DNA from: Pseudobdellovibrionaceae bacterium
Lineage (GTDB): Bacteria; Bdellovibrionota; Bdellovibrionia; Bdellovibrionales; Bdellovibrionaceae
NCBI GenBank assembly: GCA_044359815.1
Contig: JBIKLL010000018.1
Coordinates: 1-39,053, forward strand
Length of the DNA stretch: 39,053 bases
Direction of reading: 5' to 3'
Part shown: piece after piece, positions 19,582-27,937 of the stretch
Layout of the letters: the number at the start of each line of letters is the position of its first letter
Position numbering within the stretch: position 1 is the stretch's first letter
Notes under the pieces: generated by a model
The model's input: the letters and a program-made list of their open reading frames with translations, nothing else
Databases searched by the model: none
What the model was told of the DNA's origin: nothing
Made by a program: the position numbers and the translations under genes

Positions 19582-19864
19582 AAGAGACCATTTTTTTCTG
19601 TCTACACCGCAGGATAAAAAGCTAAAACCCAGAAAAGCCATAATTCCCCTTTAGATAAATTATCTAGATTTGCACTCTTAAAAACTCAAACAGCGGGCGT
19701 CAAGCTGCTCGCATTGCTTGTAAACAAAAAATGTAAATCATCCGCGCAGCTTAACGTCCGAACTCGTTTTTAAAACTGCAAATCTAGATAATTTATCTAA
19801 AAGGGAATTATGGCTTCTCTGTTTTTTATCCTGCGGTGTAGACAGAAAAAAATGGTCTCTTTTA
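19579..19864. mobile_element. MITE-like, almost fully palindromic 282-bp element (19581-19862) flanked by TA on both sides
   Basis: 42-bp perfect terminal inverted repeat (19579-19620 / 19823-19864), followed by imperfect pairing to the centre; no convincing coding capacity. Confidence 0.7.
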
Positions 19865-20701
19865 ACGGATAAAATCTAAGAACTGTTTTTTGATTTCGGC
19901 TTTTTGTGGGCCAGCAAAAGACTGGATGTGCATACCATCTTGGATTTTGATTAATTTCTTGGGCTCCGAAGCTAAATTGTAAACCTCCTCGCCCAAATCA
20001 TAATCCACAATGCTGTCAGCGGTTCCATGGATCACTAACAATGGAGTCGGTGAAATCTGACTGACGCTTTCACCGGGTGCCCATTTATCAGATATCAAAA
20101 CCCAAGCTAAGGGTTGAAATAGCCAGGTTAACCAATGTCTGGATAAAAACCTGCGGGCTGTTTTTTGATAGGACAAAAATGTGGAATCAGCCACTACAGC
20201 CTTAATATTTTTTCGATCTTTCAGTTGCAAAACAGACTTAATAGCTACGGCACCGCCCAAGCTTTCACCATAAATAATCAAAGGCATGTTGGGATGATCG
20301 TCACGAAAATACTCAATGATTTTTTGTCCTACCAAAACTGTATTTCGTGGCGACGGTTCCCCAGTGCTGAGACCATACCCAGGGTAATCAAAAATAAACA
20401 AATCAAAGCCTTCGTTCAATACCCAATATAAACTGGCAAAATGAGACGTCAGATTCTGACCGTTTCCATGAAAATGAATTAGGGTGGCCTTTGCAGGATC
20501 AGCTTTCGGACTGCGAAAATGCCAAGCCACAATATCATAAGACTGAGAATTCACATCATTAACCAGGTAACGGCGCTGGTCAGGTTTAACAGGTAATAGT
20601 GAGGGATCCACAAAAGTATGAGGGCTTGGATAATACAGCAAGCTGCTGCAGCCAATCAGTAAAAAACAAGCAATGGCAGATAATATGGAAACTCTTGTCA
20701 T
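19862..20701 (-). CDS. Alpha/beta hydrolase lipoprotein
   Basis: Lipobox LIGC; HFHGNGQN, DYPGYGLS, GESLGG, HGTAD. Confidence 0.9.
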   Translation of the reverse strand: MTRVSILSAIACFLLIGCSSLLYYPSPHTFVDPSLLPVKPDQRRYLVNDVNSQSYDIVAWHFRSPKADPAKATLIHFHGNGQNLTSHFASLYWVLNEGFDLFIFDYPGYGLSTGEPSPRNTVLVGQKIIEYFRDDHPNMPLIIYGESLGGAVAIKSVLQLKDRKNIKAVVADSTFLSYQKTARRFLSRHWLTWLFQPLAWVLISDKWAPGESVSQISPTPLLVIHGTADSIVDYDLGEEVYNLASEPKKLIKIQDGMHIQSFAGPQKAEIKKQFLDFIR

Positions 20702-20791
20702 AGAATCAATTTAGCCTGCCTTAAATGAAAAATCACTTTTAAAACAATTGGCTGATGTTATAGTTGGCGAAATATTTCTGGGGGATATCTT

Positions 20792-21160
20792 ATGAAAACC
20801 TTAAAGAGCCTACTGATTCTTTGTTTGCTGACACTATCAGCCTGTTCAACAATCCGAATGAAATACGAATCAACTGTTGTTTTTGACAACAACGACAGAC
20901 AGAAATTTGTTTATGTAAATTCCTATCCTGTTGGCGGAGCTCACGCTGTGCTGTGTGGGGCAACGGCGATATTCTTAGGTGGGTACTGTTGGTTTTATTT
21001 AGTTATGCCAACAACTATTCAAACCGTCGAATTGAAAGAAGAAGCCGCAAAAGCCTTGACGCAAAAAGCGGCTGGCAAACAATTTGAAGAGCGCAGAATT
21101 TTTACGGAGCGAGTGGGGTTTAGCGAAGGACAGCCTGAAGTTTATCTGGGTGGAAAGTAG
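20792..21160 (+). CDS. Hypothetical lipoprotein
   Basis: Lipobox LSAC; internal hydrophobic segment between two Cys; GGGGGA SD. Confidence 0.75.
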   Translation: MKTLKSLLILCLLTLSACSTIRMKYESTVVFDNNDRQKFVYVNSYPVGGAHAVLCGATAIFLGGYCWFYLVMPTTIQTVELKEEAAKALTQKAAGKQFEERRIFTERVGFSEGQPEVYLGGK

Positions 21161-21169
21161 TTCAGTTTA

Positions 21170-23089
21170 ATGATTGAGCTATTAAGACTTGGGGTTATCG
21201 CAGGACTGATTTGTTCTTTATTGCCCGCTCCTGCGTTTGGCGTTGATGCTGTTTTTTTTGATCAAAATAAAAATAGAATTTTAAAGTTATCGCAAACCAA
21301 ACAGTGGCACAGATTATTGCACTACAATACAGATTGGCTGGGTCGTTACAAAAGTGATCGTGATGGTGGAGACTTTTTTTTGTCACCAGTTGGCCTAACG
21401 GATCCCCATGCAGAATTAATTTCAACACTGGAAAACATTAATTCTGATAAACAAATTGGCGATCTAAAGCAAAGACCTTTTTGTGCATTCCCAGCAAGGT
21501 ACAGGTTTTTAAAAGACAATTTGGGCATCAAACTGCCTAATTACGAATGTGCCAGATGGAAAGATTTTTTGCAGATGATGCATAATCCGGTTGCAGTCAG
21601 CGTGGTTTTTTCGTCAGCTTATTCCGGCAATCCGGCATCGATGTTTGGACATTTATTTTTTAAATTTCATTCAGGCCGTGACAGTGATTTGTTGGACGCT
21701 GGTATGAATATGGCTGCCAGAGTCGCAGATGACGAAAACGGATTTGCTTTTTTGTATTTTGGTGTTTTTGGAGGCTACGAGGGGCATTGGTATTATCAAC
21801 CTTATTTTGAAAAGGTAAACGAATACATTAAATCTGAAAGCCGCGATTTGGTTGAATACAAATTGAATTTCACCAAAGAGCAAACTCGATTTTTGCTGGA
21901 ACACATTTGGGAGCTCGAAACCACCAGTAAAATGCAGTATTATTTTTTTGATGAAAATTGCGCCTATGAAATCATGAGGGCCGTTGAAGTCATTAAACCT
22001 GAGTGGACACTGACTGATCATACGATTTACGTTATTCCAGGTGAGGTTTTAAAAAATTTAACTGAAACTCCAGATGCGATTGCAGAAGTAAAATTTAAAC
22101 CAGCTCTCAGAAAGCGCCTGTTGAAGCGATATGAATTACTGAACGCTGATCAAAAACAATTGGCTAAAAGAATTATTGGCCAAGAATCTAATTTGATAAA
22201 TGGTCAGAGCAAAGAGGTTTTAGATTTATTAAATATTTACTACGATTTTAGAAGACAAAAAAAGAAAGGTAAAATCACCGAAGCTGAAAGTCAGTCTTGG
22301 CAACAGGTTCGATTGGCCAGATCTCAACTGCATCAGCCTAGCGCCAGTGATGAAACACTAGGATTTAAAGACGACACCAGGCCAGAGCTCGGTCATGATG
22401 CTTATTCTTGGATGTCGGGATTTGGAATGGAATCTGTCGGCAGTTCTGATTTTAAACCTGTTTATATTTTTAAGGCAAAATCTGCCTATCATGATTTGCT
22501 AAATCGGGATTTGGGATACAAAAAATTTTCTGAGATTTTGTTTCCTTGGGCAGAACTCAGATACAGACCTGACATCAATCAGCTGACTGTTGAGGAAATT
22601 GGCGGAGTGAAAGCCGTTTCAGTAATGGCTGTGCATCCCTTGGATTGGGCTTTGTCATGGAAAACTTTGATAGCCATCGAATCGGTAAAAGATTTTGGAT
22701 GTTTGAATTGTAGGCATTTGGTTATAGAACCAGGGCTTGGTCAGGGTTGGGATTTTTTAAATGAGATGGGACTTTTTTATTCTTTCTTGGGATTGAGGAT
22801 TGAAGCTTCCGAGGACCTAGTTAACAAACACAGACTACTGCCTTATGCAGAAGCTGGAATGTTGGCACAAATATCAGACAATCATAAATTATTATTACAA
22901 GCAGATTATTTTAAGGACGTCGGCAGCAACAGAATACAAGACGAGTTTTATCGCCTACAAATTCAGCATAGCTTTGCCAGTCAACGCAACTGGGATTTGC
23001 GCAGTGGTGGTAGAGTTTTTTATCATGGTCTTGCGTCACAATCTGTCTATGCTGAAGCACGTCTGGACTTTTCTTACTATTTTCGTTGA
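21170..23089 (+). CDS. DUF4105 (Lnb-like) domain protein with C-terminal beta-barrel
   Basis: WHRLLHY, CAFPARY, PASMFGH, YYFFDENCAY; C-terminal beta strands ending YYFR. Confidence 0.85.
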   Translation: MIELLRLGVIAGLICSLLPAPAFGVDAVFFDQNKNRILKLSQTKQWHRLLHYNTDWLGRYKSDRDGGDFFLSPVGLTDPHAELISTLENINSDKQIGDLKQRPFCAFPARYRFLKDNLGIKLPNYECARWKDFLQMMHNPVAVSVVFSSAYSGNPASMFGHLFFKFHSGRDSDLLDAGMNMAARVADDENGFAFLYFGVFGGYEGHWYYQPYFEKVNEYIKSESRDLVEYKLNFTKEQTRFLLEHIWELETTSKMQYYFFDENCAYEIMRAVEVIKPEWTLTDHTIYVIPGEVLKNLTETPDAIAEVKFKPALRKRLLKRYELLNADQKQLAKRIIGQESNLINGQSKEVLDLLNIYYDFRRQKKKGKITEAESQSWQQVRLARSQLHQPSASDETLGFKDDTRPELGHDAYSWMSGFGMESVGSSDFKPVYIFKAKSAYHDLLNRDLGYKKFSEILFPWAELRYRPDINQLTVEEIGGVKAVSVMAVHPLDWALSWKTLIAIESVKDFGCLNCRHLVIEPGLGQGWDFLNEMGLFYSFLGLRIEASEDLVNKHRLLPYAEAGMLAQISDNHKLLLQADYFKDVGSNRIQDEFYRLQIQHSFASQRNWDLRSGGRVFYHGLASQSVYAEARLDFSYYFR

Positions 23090-23144
23090 TTCTTGATCAG
23101 AGTTTTTTAGAATTTGAAATCAAACCATAATTGAAAGGACTTTT

Positions 23145-23606
23145 ATGAAAGCATTATTTGTATCATTGGCTTTAATTGCAACTGCAACTGTAGCATCAGC
23201 ACAAAAAGGTGTCGGTCGCGACACTTTAGACGGCTGTGGATTGGGCTGGCAAGTTACTGAATCAAGAACAATGATCGGTACAACAACTCGTGGATCAACT
23301 AACTATTTCGTTCCACCATCTTTCGGGATGACTTCTGGAACAATCGGTTGTGATCAAATCCCTTTCGCTCAAAACCAAAAGGAAGCAGCAACTTTTGTAG
23401 CTTCTAACTTTGAAACTTTGAAAACTGAATTGGCTGAAGGTAACGGCGAATACGTAACTGCAATGATTCAATCATTCGGTTGCTCAAATGCTCAAGTTCC
23501 TGCGATTGCAGCTAAGCTTCAAAAAAATTACGGCACAGTAGTAGCGCCTACTCGTAATGCAACTGAGCTGTTCACAAACTTGCAATCTGAAGTTGCTTGT
23601 AACTAA
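23145..23606 (+). CDS. DUF3015 family exported protein
   Basis: Signal peptide; GCGLG, FGMTSGTIGC, ELAEGNGEY. Confidence 0.85.
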   Translation: MKALFVSLALIATATVASAQKGVGRDTLDGCGLGWQVTESRTMIGTTTRGSTNYFVPPSFGMTSGTIGCDQIPFAQNQKEAATFVASNFETLKTELAEGNGEYVTAMIQSFGCSNAQVPAIAAKLQKNYGTVVAPTRNATELFTNLQSEVACN

Positions 23607-23641
23607 ATTGTAACTCTGTCAAATAGACGGAATGTTATTCG

Positions 23642-23670
23642 AAGGGGAAGGTGAAAACCTTCCCCTTTTT
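23642..23670 (+). terminator. Rho-independent terminator
   Basis: AAGGGGAAGGT-GAAA-ACCTTCCCCTT followed by a T run, downstream of the DUF3015 gene. Confidence 0.85.
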
Positions 23671-23746
23671 CATTTTGGGGTTTATACAATTGTTCAATTG
23701 GGTTTCGGAAATTTGGGTCTACAATCAAATTTAAAGAGGTCGTCAG

Positions 23747-24442
23747 ATGGAATTATTTGAAGCAATTGAAAAGCGCAGAAGTGTGCGCAGATTTAAACCA
23801 GAAAAATTTCCTGATGAGTCCATCCACAAGGCGCTACAAGCGGCTGTGTTAGCGCCTAATTCATCAAACACCCAGACCTGGGATTTTTACTGGGTGCAAA
23901 CAGCTGATAAAAAAAAATTGTTGGTCGAATACTGTTTGTCTCAATCAGCAGCCAGAACAGCATCTGATTTAATTGTGGTAGTGTCTGATTCAAAATTATG
24001 GAGGCGTTCCAACAGCAGACTGATTGATTGGGTTAAAACCAGCAAAGTTCATCCATCAGTAGAAACTTATTATAAAAAATTAATCCCTATCATGTATCGA
24101 TACGGAGTTTTCAGTGTCTTGGCTCCGATCAAGTGGCTGTTGGTTTCGGTGGTGGGATTGTTTCGCCCAATAGTCAGAGGCCCAACGGGTAAGCAAAGCA
24201 TAGACATGGTCAGTGTAAAATCAGCGGCACTGGCTTGCGAAAATTTTGTGTTGGCGATAACGGCTTTGGGCGGCGCAACCTGCATGATGGAGGGTTTTGA
24301 CGAATGCCGTGTGCGTAGATTACTTAAGCTTTCATGTTCTGCTAGAGTCGTTATGGTTATTGGCGTTGGGTACGAAGCCCAAGATGGAGTGTGGGGTAAG
24401 AGATTTCGAATCCCATTGGAAGAAGTTGTTCACAGAGTCTAA
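23747..24442 (+). CDS. Nitroreductase family protein
   Basis: RRSVRRF, APNSSNTQTW, CMMEGFD. Confidence 0.9.
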   Translation: MELFEAIEKRRSVRRFKPEKFPDESIHKALQAAVLAPNSSNTQTWDFYWVQTADKKKLLVEYCLSQSAARTASDLIVVVSDSKLWRRSNSRLIDWVKTSKVHPSVETYYKKLIPIMYRYGVFSVLAPIKWLLVSVVGLFRPIVRGPTGKQSIDMVSVKSAALACENFVLAITALGGATCMMEGFDECRVRRLLKLSCSARVVMVIGVGYEAQDGVWGKRFRIPLEEVVHRV

Positions 24443-24460
24443 GAAAGCACATTTAAGTTA

Positions 24461-25015
24461 ATGGAATCCGCAGTCAGTTCTTTTTTATTAGTGTTTGTCA
24501 GCGAGATGGGGGACAAAACCCAATTGCTATCTTTGGTTTTGGCTGCACGGTTTAAAAAACCATTACCTATAATGGCAGGCATTTTTGTAGCGACAATATT
24601 AAATCATGCATTAGCCAGTTATGTTGGTACATTTGTTACTCAGTTTATCAGCGCTGAAATTTTAAAATGGATTTTGGCATCTACCTTTGTGGGCTTTGGA
24701 TTGTGGATGTTGATTCCTGATCGTGATGAGGGGCTTAAAGAAACCTACAGATGGGGGCCTTTTTTAACAACGATGGTGGCGTTCTTTTTTGCAGAAATGG
24801 GCGACAAGACCCAGTTGGCCACGGTGGCTCTAGGTGCAAAATATGCGGCACCAGTAATGGTTACAGTGGGAACCACTGCGGGTATGTTAGCGGCTGATGG
24901 ACTGGCTGTGTTTTTTGGTCACAAATTCACTCAAAAAATCCCAATGAAAACGGTGAACAGAATTGCAGCTGTAATATTTATTTTATTTGGTGTCGGAATT
25001 ATTTTAGGACTTTAG
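24461..25015 (+). CDS. TMEM165/GDT1 (UPF0016) Mn2+/Ca2+ transporter
   Basis: Two EMGDKTQL motifs; multi-pass membrane protein. Confidence 0.95.
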   Translation: MESAVSSFLLVFVSEMGDKTQLLSLVLAARFKKPLPIMAGIFVATILNHALASYVGTFVTQFISAEILKWILASTFVGFGLWMLIPDRDEGLKETYRWGPFLTTMVAFFFAEMGDKTQLATVALGAKYAAPVMVTVGTTAGMLAADGLAVFFGHKFTQKIPMKTVNRIAAVIFILFGVGIILGL

Positions 25016-25026
25016 AATCACAAACA

Positions 25027-25048
25027 GGGCTGACAGTCTAGTCAGCCC
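25027..25048. terminator. Stem-loop between convergent genes, possible terminator
   Basis: GGGCTGAC-agtcta-GTCAGCCC; no clear U tract. Confidence 0.4.
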
Positions 25049-25102
25049 CGGATTTACATTTCAACAATCAAAAAATTTCTTCAATCAATCGGTTTTATTA
25101 AA

Positions 25103-26491
25103 CTATTGATCAACGCAGCTGCAGTTATGTGTCCAACCTTTAAAACATTTAGCACTGCTTGGTTGATCGGTGACAGGATCAATATTATAAAAATCACTTA
25201 ATGGATTCAGCAATCCAGATGGTGAACTACACACCCGATTTTGTCCAAGTGGGCAAACGGGCAGAGGCTTTGATTGAGTACAAGCTGCCGCTTGGTAAAT
25301 GATGGCTCCGTATGTTGCACCAGCCGCTGCGAAAAATGCCTGTCCATTTTGATCTAAGCGAGCGGTGTTCGTTCCACCATATGAACTGATCATACTGCAT
25401 TTTTGATCTAGGACAAATCTGAAGAACGATAGTTCATTGGGTGCAAAACCACCTGAATAACAAGCGTAAGTTCCGCTGCCAAAGCCACCGTAGTAACGCA
25501 GAAGAAGGTACTTGGATGTGTAACCGTTGGCAGAATCTCCGGCAGCAAATGCCAGTGGTGCTCCCAGATCCTGAGGTCTTAGTGAAAATAATTGGTTGTA
25601 GCAATCAGTCGCATTTGTTGTTGTGTTTTCGAAATCAAAAGTTCTTTCAATCATTGGTGAATAATCAGCAGCTGGAGCCAAATCAAATTGGTAAACCTGT
25701 CTGATCACGCATTTATTAGGAGTCAATGTCACAGGAGGAATTGGGTCTTCGCCACCTGTAGTTCCGCCAGTCGTACCACCAGTTGTACCACCTGTAGATC
25801 CGCCGCCGATATCACCACCGCCAACAGTTCCGCCAGTCGTACCACCAGTTGTGCCACCAGTTGTACCACCTGTAGTTCCGCCAGTCGTGCCACCAGTTGT
25901 GCCACCAGTTGTGCCGCCAGTAGATCCGCCGCCGATATCACCACCGCCAACAGTTCCGCCAGTCGTACCACCAGTTGTGCCACCAGTTATACCGCCTGTA
26001 GATCCGCCAGTCGTGCCACCAGTTGTGCCACCTGTTGTGCCACCTGTAGTTCCGCCAGTCGTGCCACCAGTTGTGCCACCTGTCGTACCACCAGTCGTAC
26101 CGCCTGTCGATCCGCCGCCGATGTCACCACCGCCAACAGTTCCGCCAGTCGTACCACCAGTCGTGCCACCAGTAGATCCGCCGCCAGTAACCGTGTCCAG
26201 ATATCCATTTATACAAACAATAAAATCAGCAGAATCAGAATCTACTCTGACTCCATTAATGTAACAGGCAATAATGTTTCCATTTCCATCCAGATCTGCA
26301 GTGTAAACTGCAGTTCCTGTGGAAGAGCTAGTCAGCGCAGAAGAGTTGCTTTGATTCATAAAGCTGGGTGAATTGTTGTCTGAACTAGGAAACAGTTCTC
26401 CACCCAAATCAGGAAGACATCCCATAAGGAATTGGCTTACCACCAATATTAAGGTCACTTTCACTGTCATTGTATCAAATTTAGATCTCAT
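25103..26491 (-). CDS. Lipoprotein with long GGTT repeat linker and Cys-rich C-terminal domain
   Basis: Lipobox LMGC; (GGTT)n tract; several Cys in the C-terminal domain; GGGGGAC SD. Confidence 0.8.
   Translation of the reverse strand: MRSKFDTMTVKVTLILVVSQFLMGCLPDLGGELFPSSDNNSPSFMNQSNSSALTSSSTGTAVYTADLDGNGNIIACYINGVRVDSDSADFIVCINGYLDTVTGGGSTGGTTGGTTGGTVGGGDIGGGSTGGTTGGTTGGTTGGTTGGTTGGTTGGTTGGTTGGSTGGITGGTTGGTTGGTVGGGDIGGGSTGGTTGGTTGGTTGGTTGGTTGGTTGGTTGGTVGGGDIGGGSTGGTTGGTTGGTTGGEDPIPPVTLTPNKCVIRQVYQFDLAPAADYSPMIERTFDFENTTTNATDCYNQLFSLRPQDLGAPLAFAAGDSANGYTSKYLLLRYYGGFGSGTYACYSGGFAPNELSFFRFVLDQKCSMISSYGGTNTARLDQNGQAFFAAAGATYGAIIYQAAACTQSKPLPVCPLGQNRVCSSPSGLLNPLSDFYNIDPVTDQPSSAKCFKGWTHNCSCVDQ
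25751..26188. repeat. Coding tandem repeat of 12-bp units (GGTT) with three interspersed VGGGDIGGGST units
   Basis: Repeated ccaccagttgtg / ccgccagtcgta variants on the + strand. Confidence 0.92.
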
Positions 26492-26516
26492 ACTGTCCCC
26501 CGATACAGGTTATCTT

Positions 26517-26532
26517 TGCAATCCAAATGCCC
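26517..26532 (-). promoter_or_regulatory. Candidate sigma-54 (-24/-12) promoter
   Basis: Minus strand reads GGGCATTTGGATTGCA (GG-N10-GC), 25 nt upstream of the 26491 start. Confidence 0.45.
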
Positions 26533-26686
26533 CGGCGAAAACCTATATACACATGTCTAAAGAGTGAAACCTTGTCTAACTTTTATAAACTGTATTTTTA
26601 CATCGTCATTCTGATTTGAGGCACTTATGCAGACTGAGACAAAATACTGTTTCAATTTGATGCTGCCTTTTGATATATCCCCAAGA

Positions 26687-27346
26687 ATGGAAAACGAAAA
26701 TATTCATACGAAAAAGCGCATTCTGTGTTTTGGTGATTCAAACACTTGGGGGCAGGTGCCTCTGAAGGTTCATGTTAAAAAACGATATCCTGAGAATGTC
26801 AGATGGACTGGGATTTTGCAGAATATATTAGGAAATCAATATCAGGTTATTGAAGAAGGATTGAATGGTCGCACCACAGGTCTTGATGATGGATTTCGAG
26901 AAGGGCGTAATGCCAGAGCTTATTTGCCACCATGTTTAGATTCCCATGTTCCTTTTGATTTTCTGATCATTATGCTGGGGACTAATGATTTGAAGCCAAA
27001 ATTTAAACCTGACTCTAAAGCCATTGCCGATCGCATGCGTGAACTGATTAGGATTTCAAAATCTTTGGCTTTGAACGAAAACAATCAGACCTGTCAAATT
27101 TTACTGATTGCACCTTTGATCCCTAAGCTGCAGTACACTTACGAAGACTTCAAGGATTCGAATATTGAATCCAACGCCAAGACTGTAAATCAATTGTACA
27201 GAGATATTGCAAAGACTGAAGGCACTCTATTTTTAGATGCTTCAGAAATCATTGAAGCCAGTCAAGAAGACGGAGCGCACATAGACCCAGTGGGACATCA
27301 ACAATTAGCAAAAGCAATCAGTTCGATGGTATTATTAAATCGATAA
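26687..27346 (+). CDS. SGNH/GDSL hydrolase
   Basis: FGDSNTWG, EEGLNGRTT, MLGTND, DGAH; start uncertain (26627 or 26687). Confidence 0.92.
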   Translation: MENENIHTKKRILCFGDSNTWGQVPLKVHVKKRYPENVRWTGILQNILGNQYQVIEEGLNGRTTGLDDGFREGRNARAYLPPCLDSHVPFDFLIIMLGTNDLKPKFKPDSKAIADRMRELIRISKSLALNENNQTCQILLIAPLIPKLQYTYEDFKDSNIESNAKTVNQLYRDIAKTEGTLFLDASEIIEASQEDGAHIDPVGHQQLAKAISSMVLLNR

Positions 27347-27358
27347 AGCCTTATTAAA

Positions 27359-27937
27359 TCAGAAATTAAAAAAGATACCGATGGTGGGTGCTACCAGTGA
27401 TTGTACAAAAGTTTCGGTGGTGGTGACAGTGGCTGCAGTGGATTTGCTGCCATAAGCGGCTCCATAAAACACAAATGAAAAATCCAAAGTTATCCCTTCT
27501 GATATATAAGGTCTGTACGACATTTTCAGATTGTACGAGTTTCCGTACCAAATTTCATTGGCAGTACCGGTTTCTGAATAAGTTCCTTGAGTGTAAGGCG
27601 AAAAGTTTGCTGAAAATAGCATCAAGTCTGGAACAACAAAAACACTTATTCCAAAATACGGATTATTTGAACTAAACAATGATGAAGATGTAGAGGTAAT
27701 TGGAACTTTACTAACCAGGTAAATATATCCAAATGAAAAATACCAATCAGAGTCTCTTTTGCTTTGGATGGATAAATTAACGTCATAAAAACCGATGGAT
27801 CCAACTGGCATATCTGTGATGTTTTTATTTTCAATGGTCACCAAGTTCACAGTTCCGCCCGCGCGGATAATTGCATCGGCGTTGTTTGCAAATGTCAAAA
27901 GAAGGCAAATGAAAGATATCTTCAAAAGATTCCTCAT
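27359..27937 (-). CDS. Putative small outer membrane beta-barrel protein
   Basis: Signal peptide; aromatic-rich strands; C-terminal Phe (IGIFFNF). Confidence 0.65.
   Translation of the reverse strand: MRNLLKISFICLLLTFANNADAIIRAGGTVNLVTIENKNITDMPVGSIGFYDVNLSIQSKRDSDWYFSFGYIYLVSKVPITSTSSSLFSSNNPYFGISVFVVPDLMLFSANFSPYTQGTYSETGTANEIWYGNSYNLKMSYRPYISEGITLDFSFVFYGAAYGSKSTAATVTTTETFVQSLVAPTIGIFFNF

Noticed and set aside
19399..19641. 80-aa minus-strand ORF starting in the palindromic element
   Set aside because: Mostly antisense to the FAH gene; no transposase features.
24443..24460. yybP-ykoY riboswitch ahead of the TMEM165/GDT1 gene
   Set aside because: The intergenic gap is only 18 nt and I see no riboswitch motif.
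25751..26188. Possible CRISPR array
   Set aside because: Contiguous coding tandem repeat with no unique spacers and no cas genes.
25688..26371. Alternative-frame ORFs (VPPV-rich, ATSC-rich, VAQL-rich) over the repeat
   Set aside because: Shadows of the stop-free 12-bp GGTT repeat; the minus-strand ORF has the lipobox and SD.
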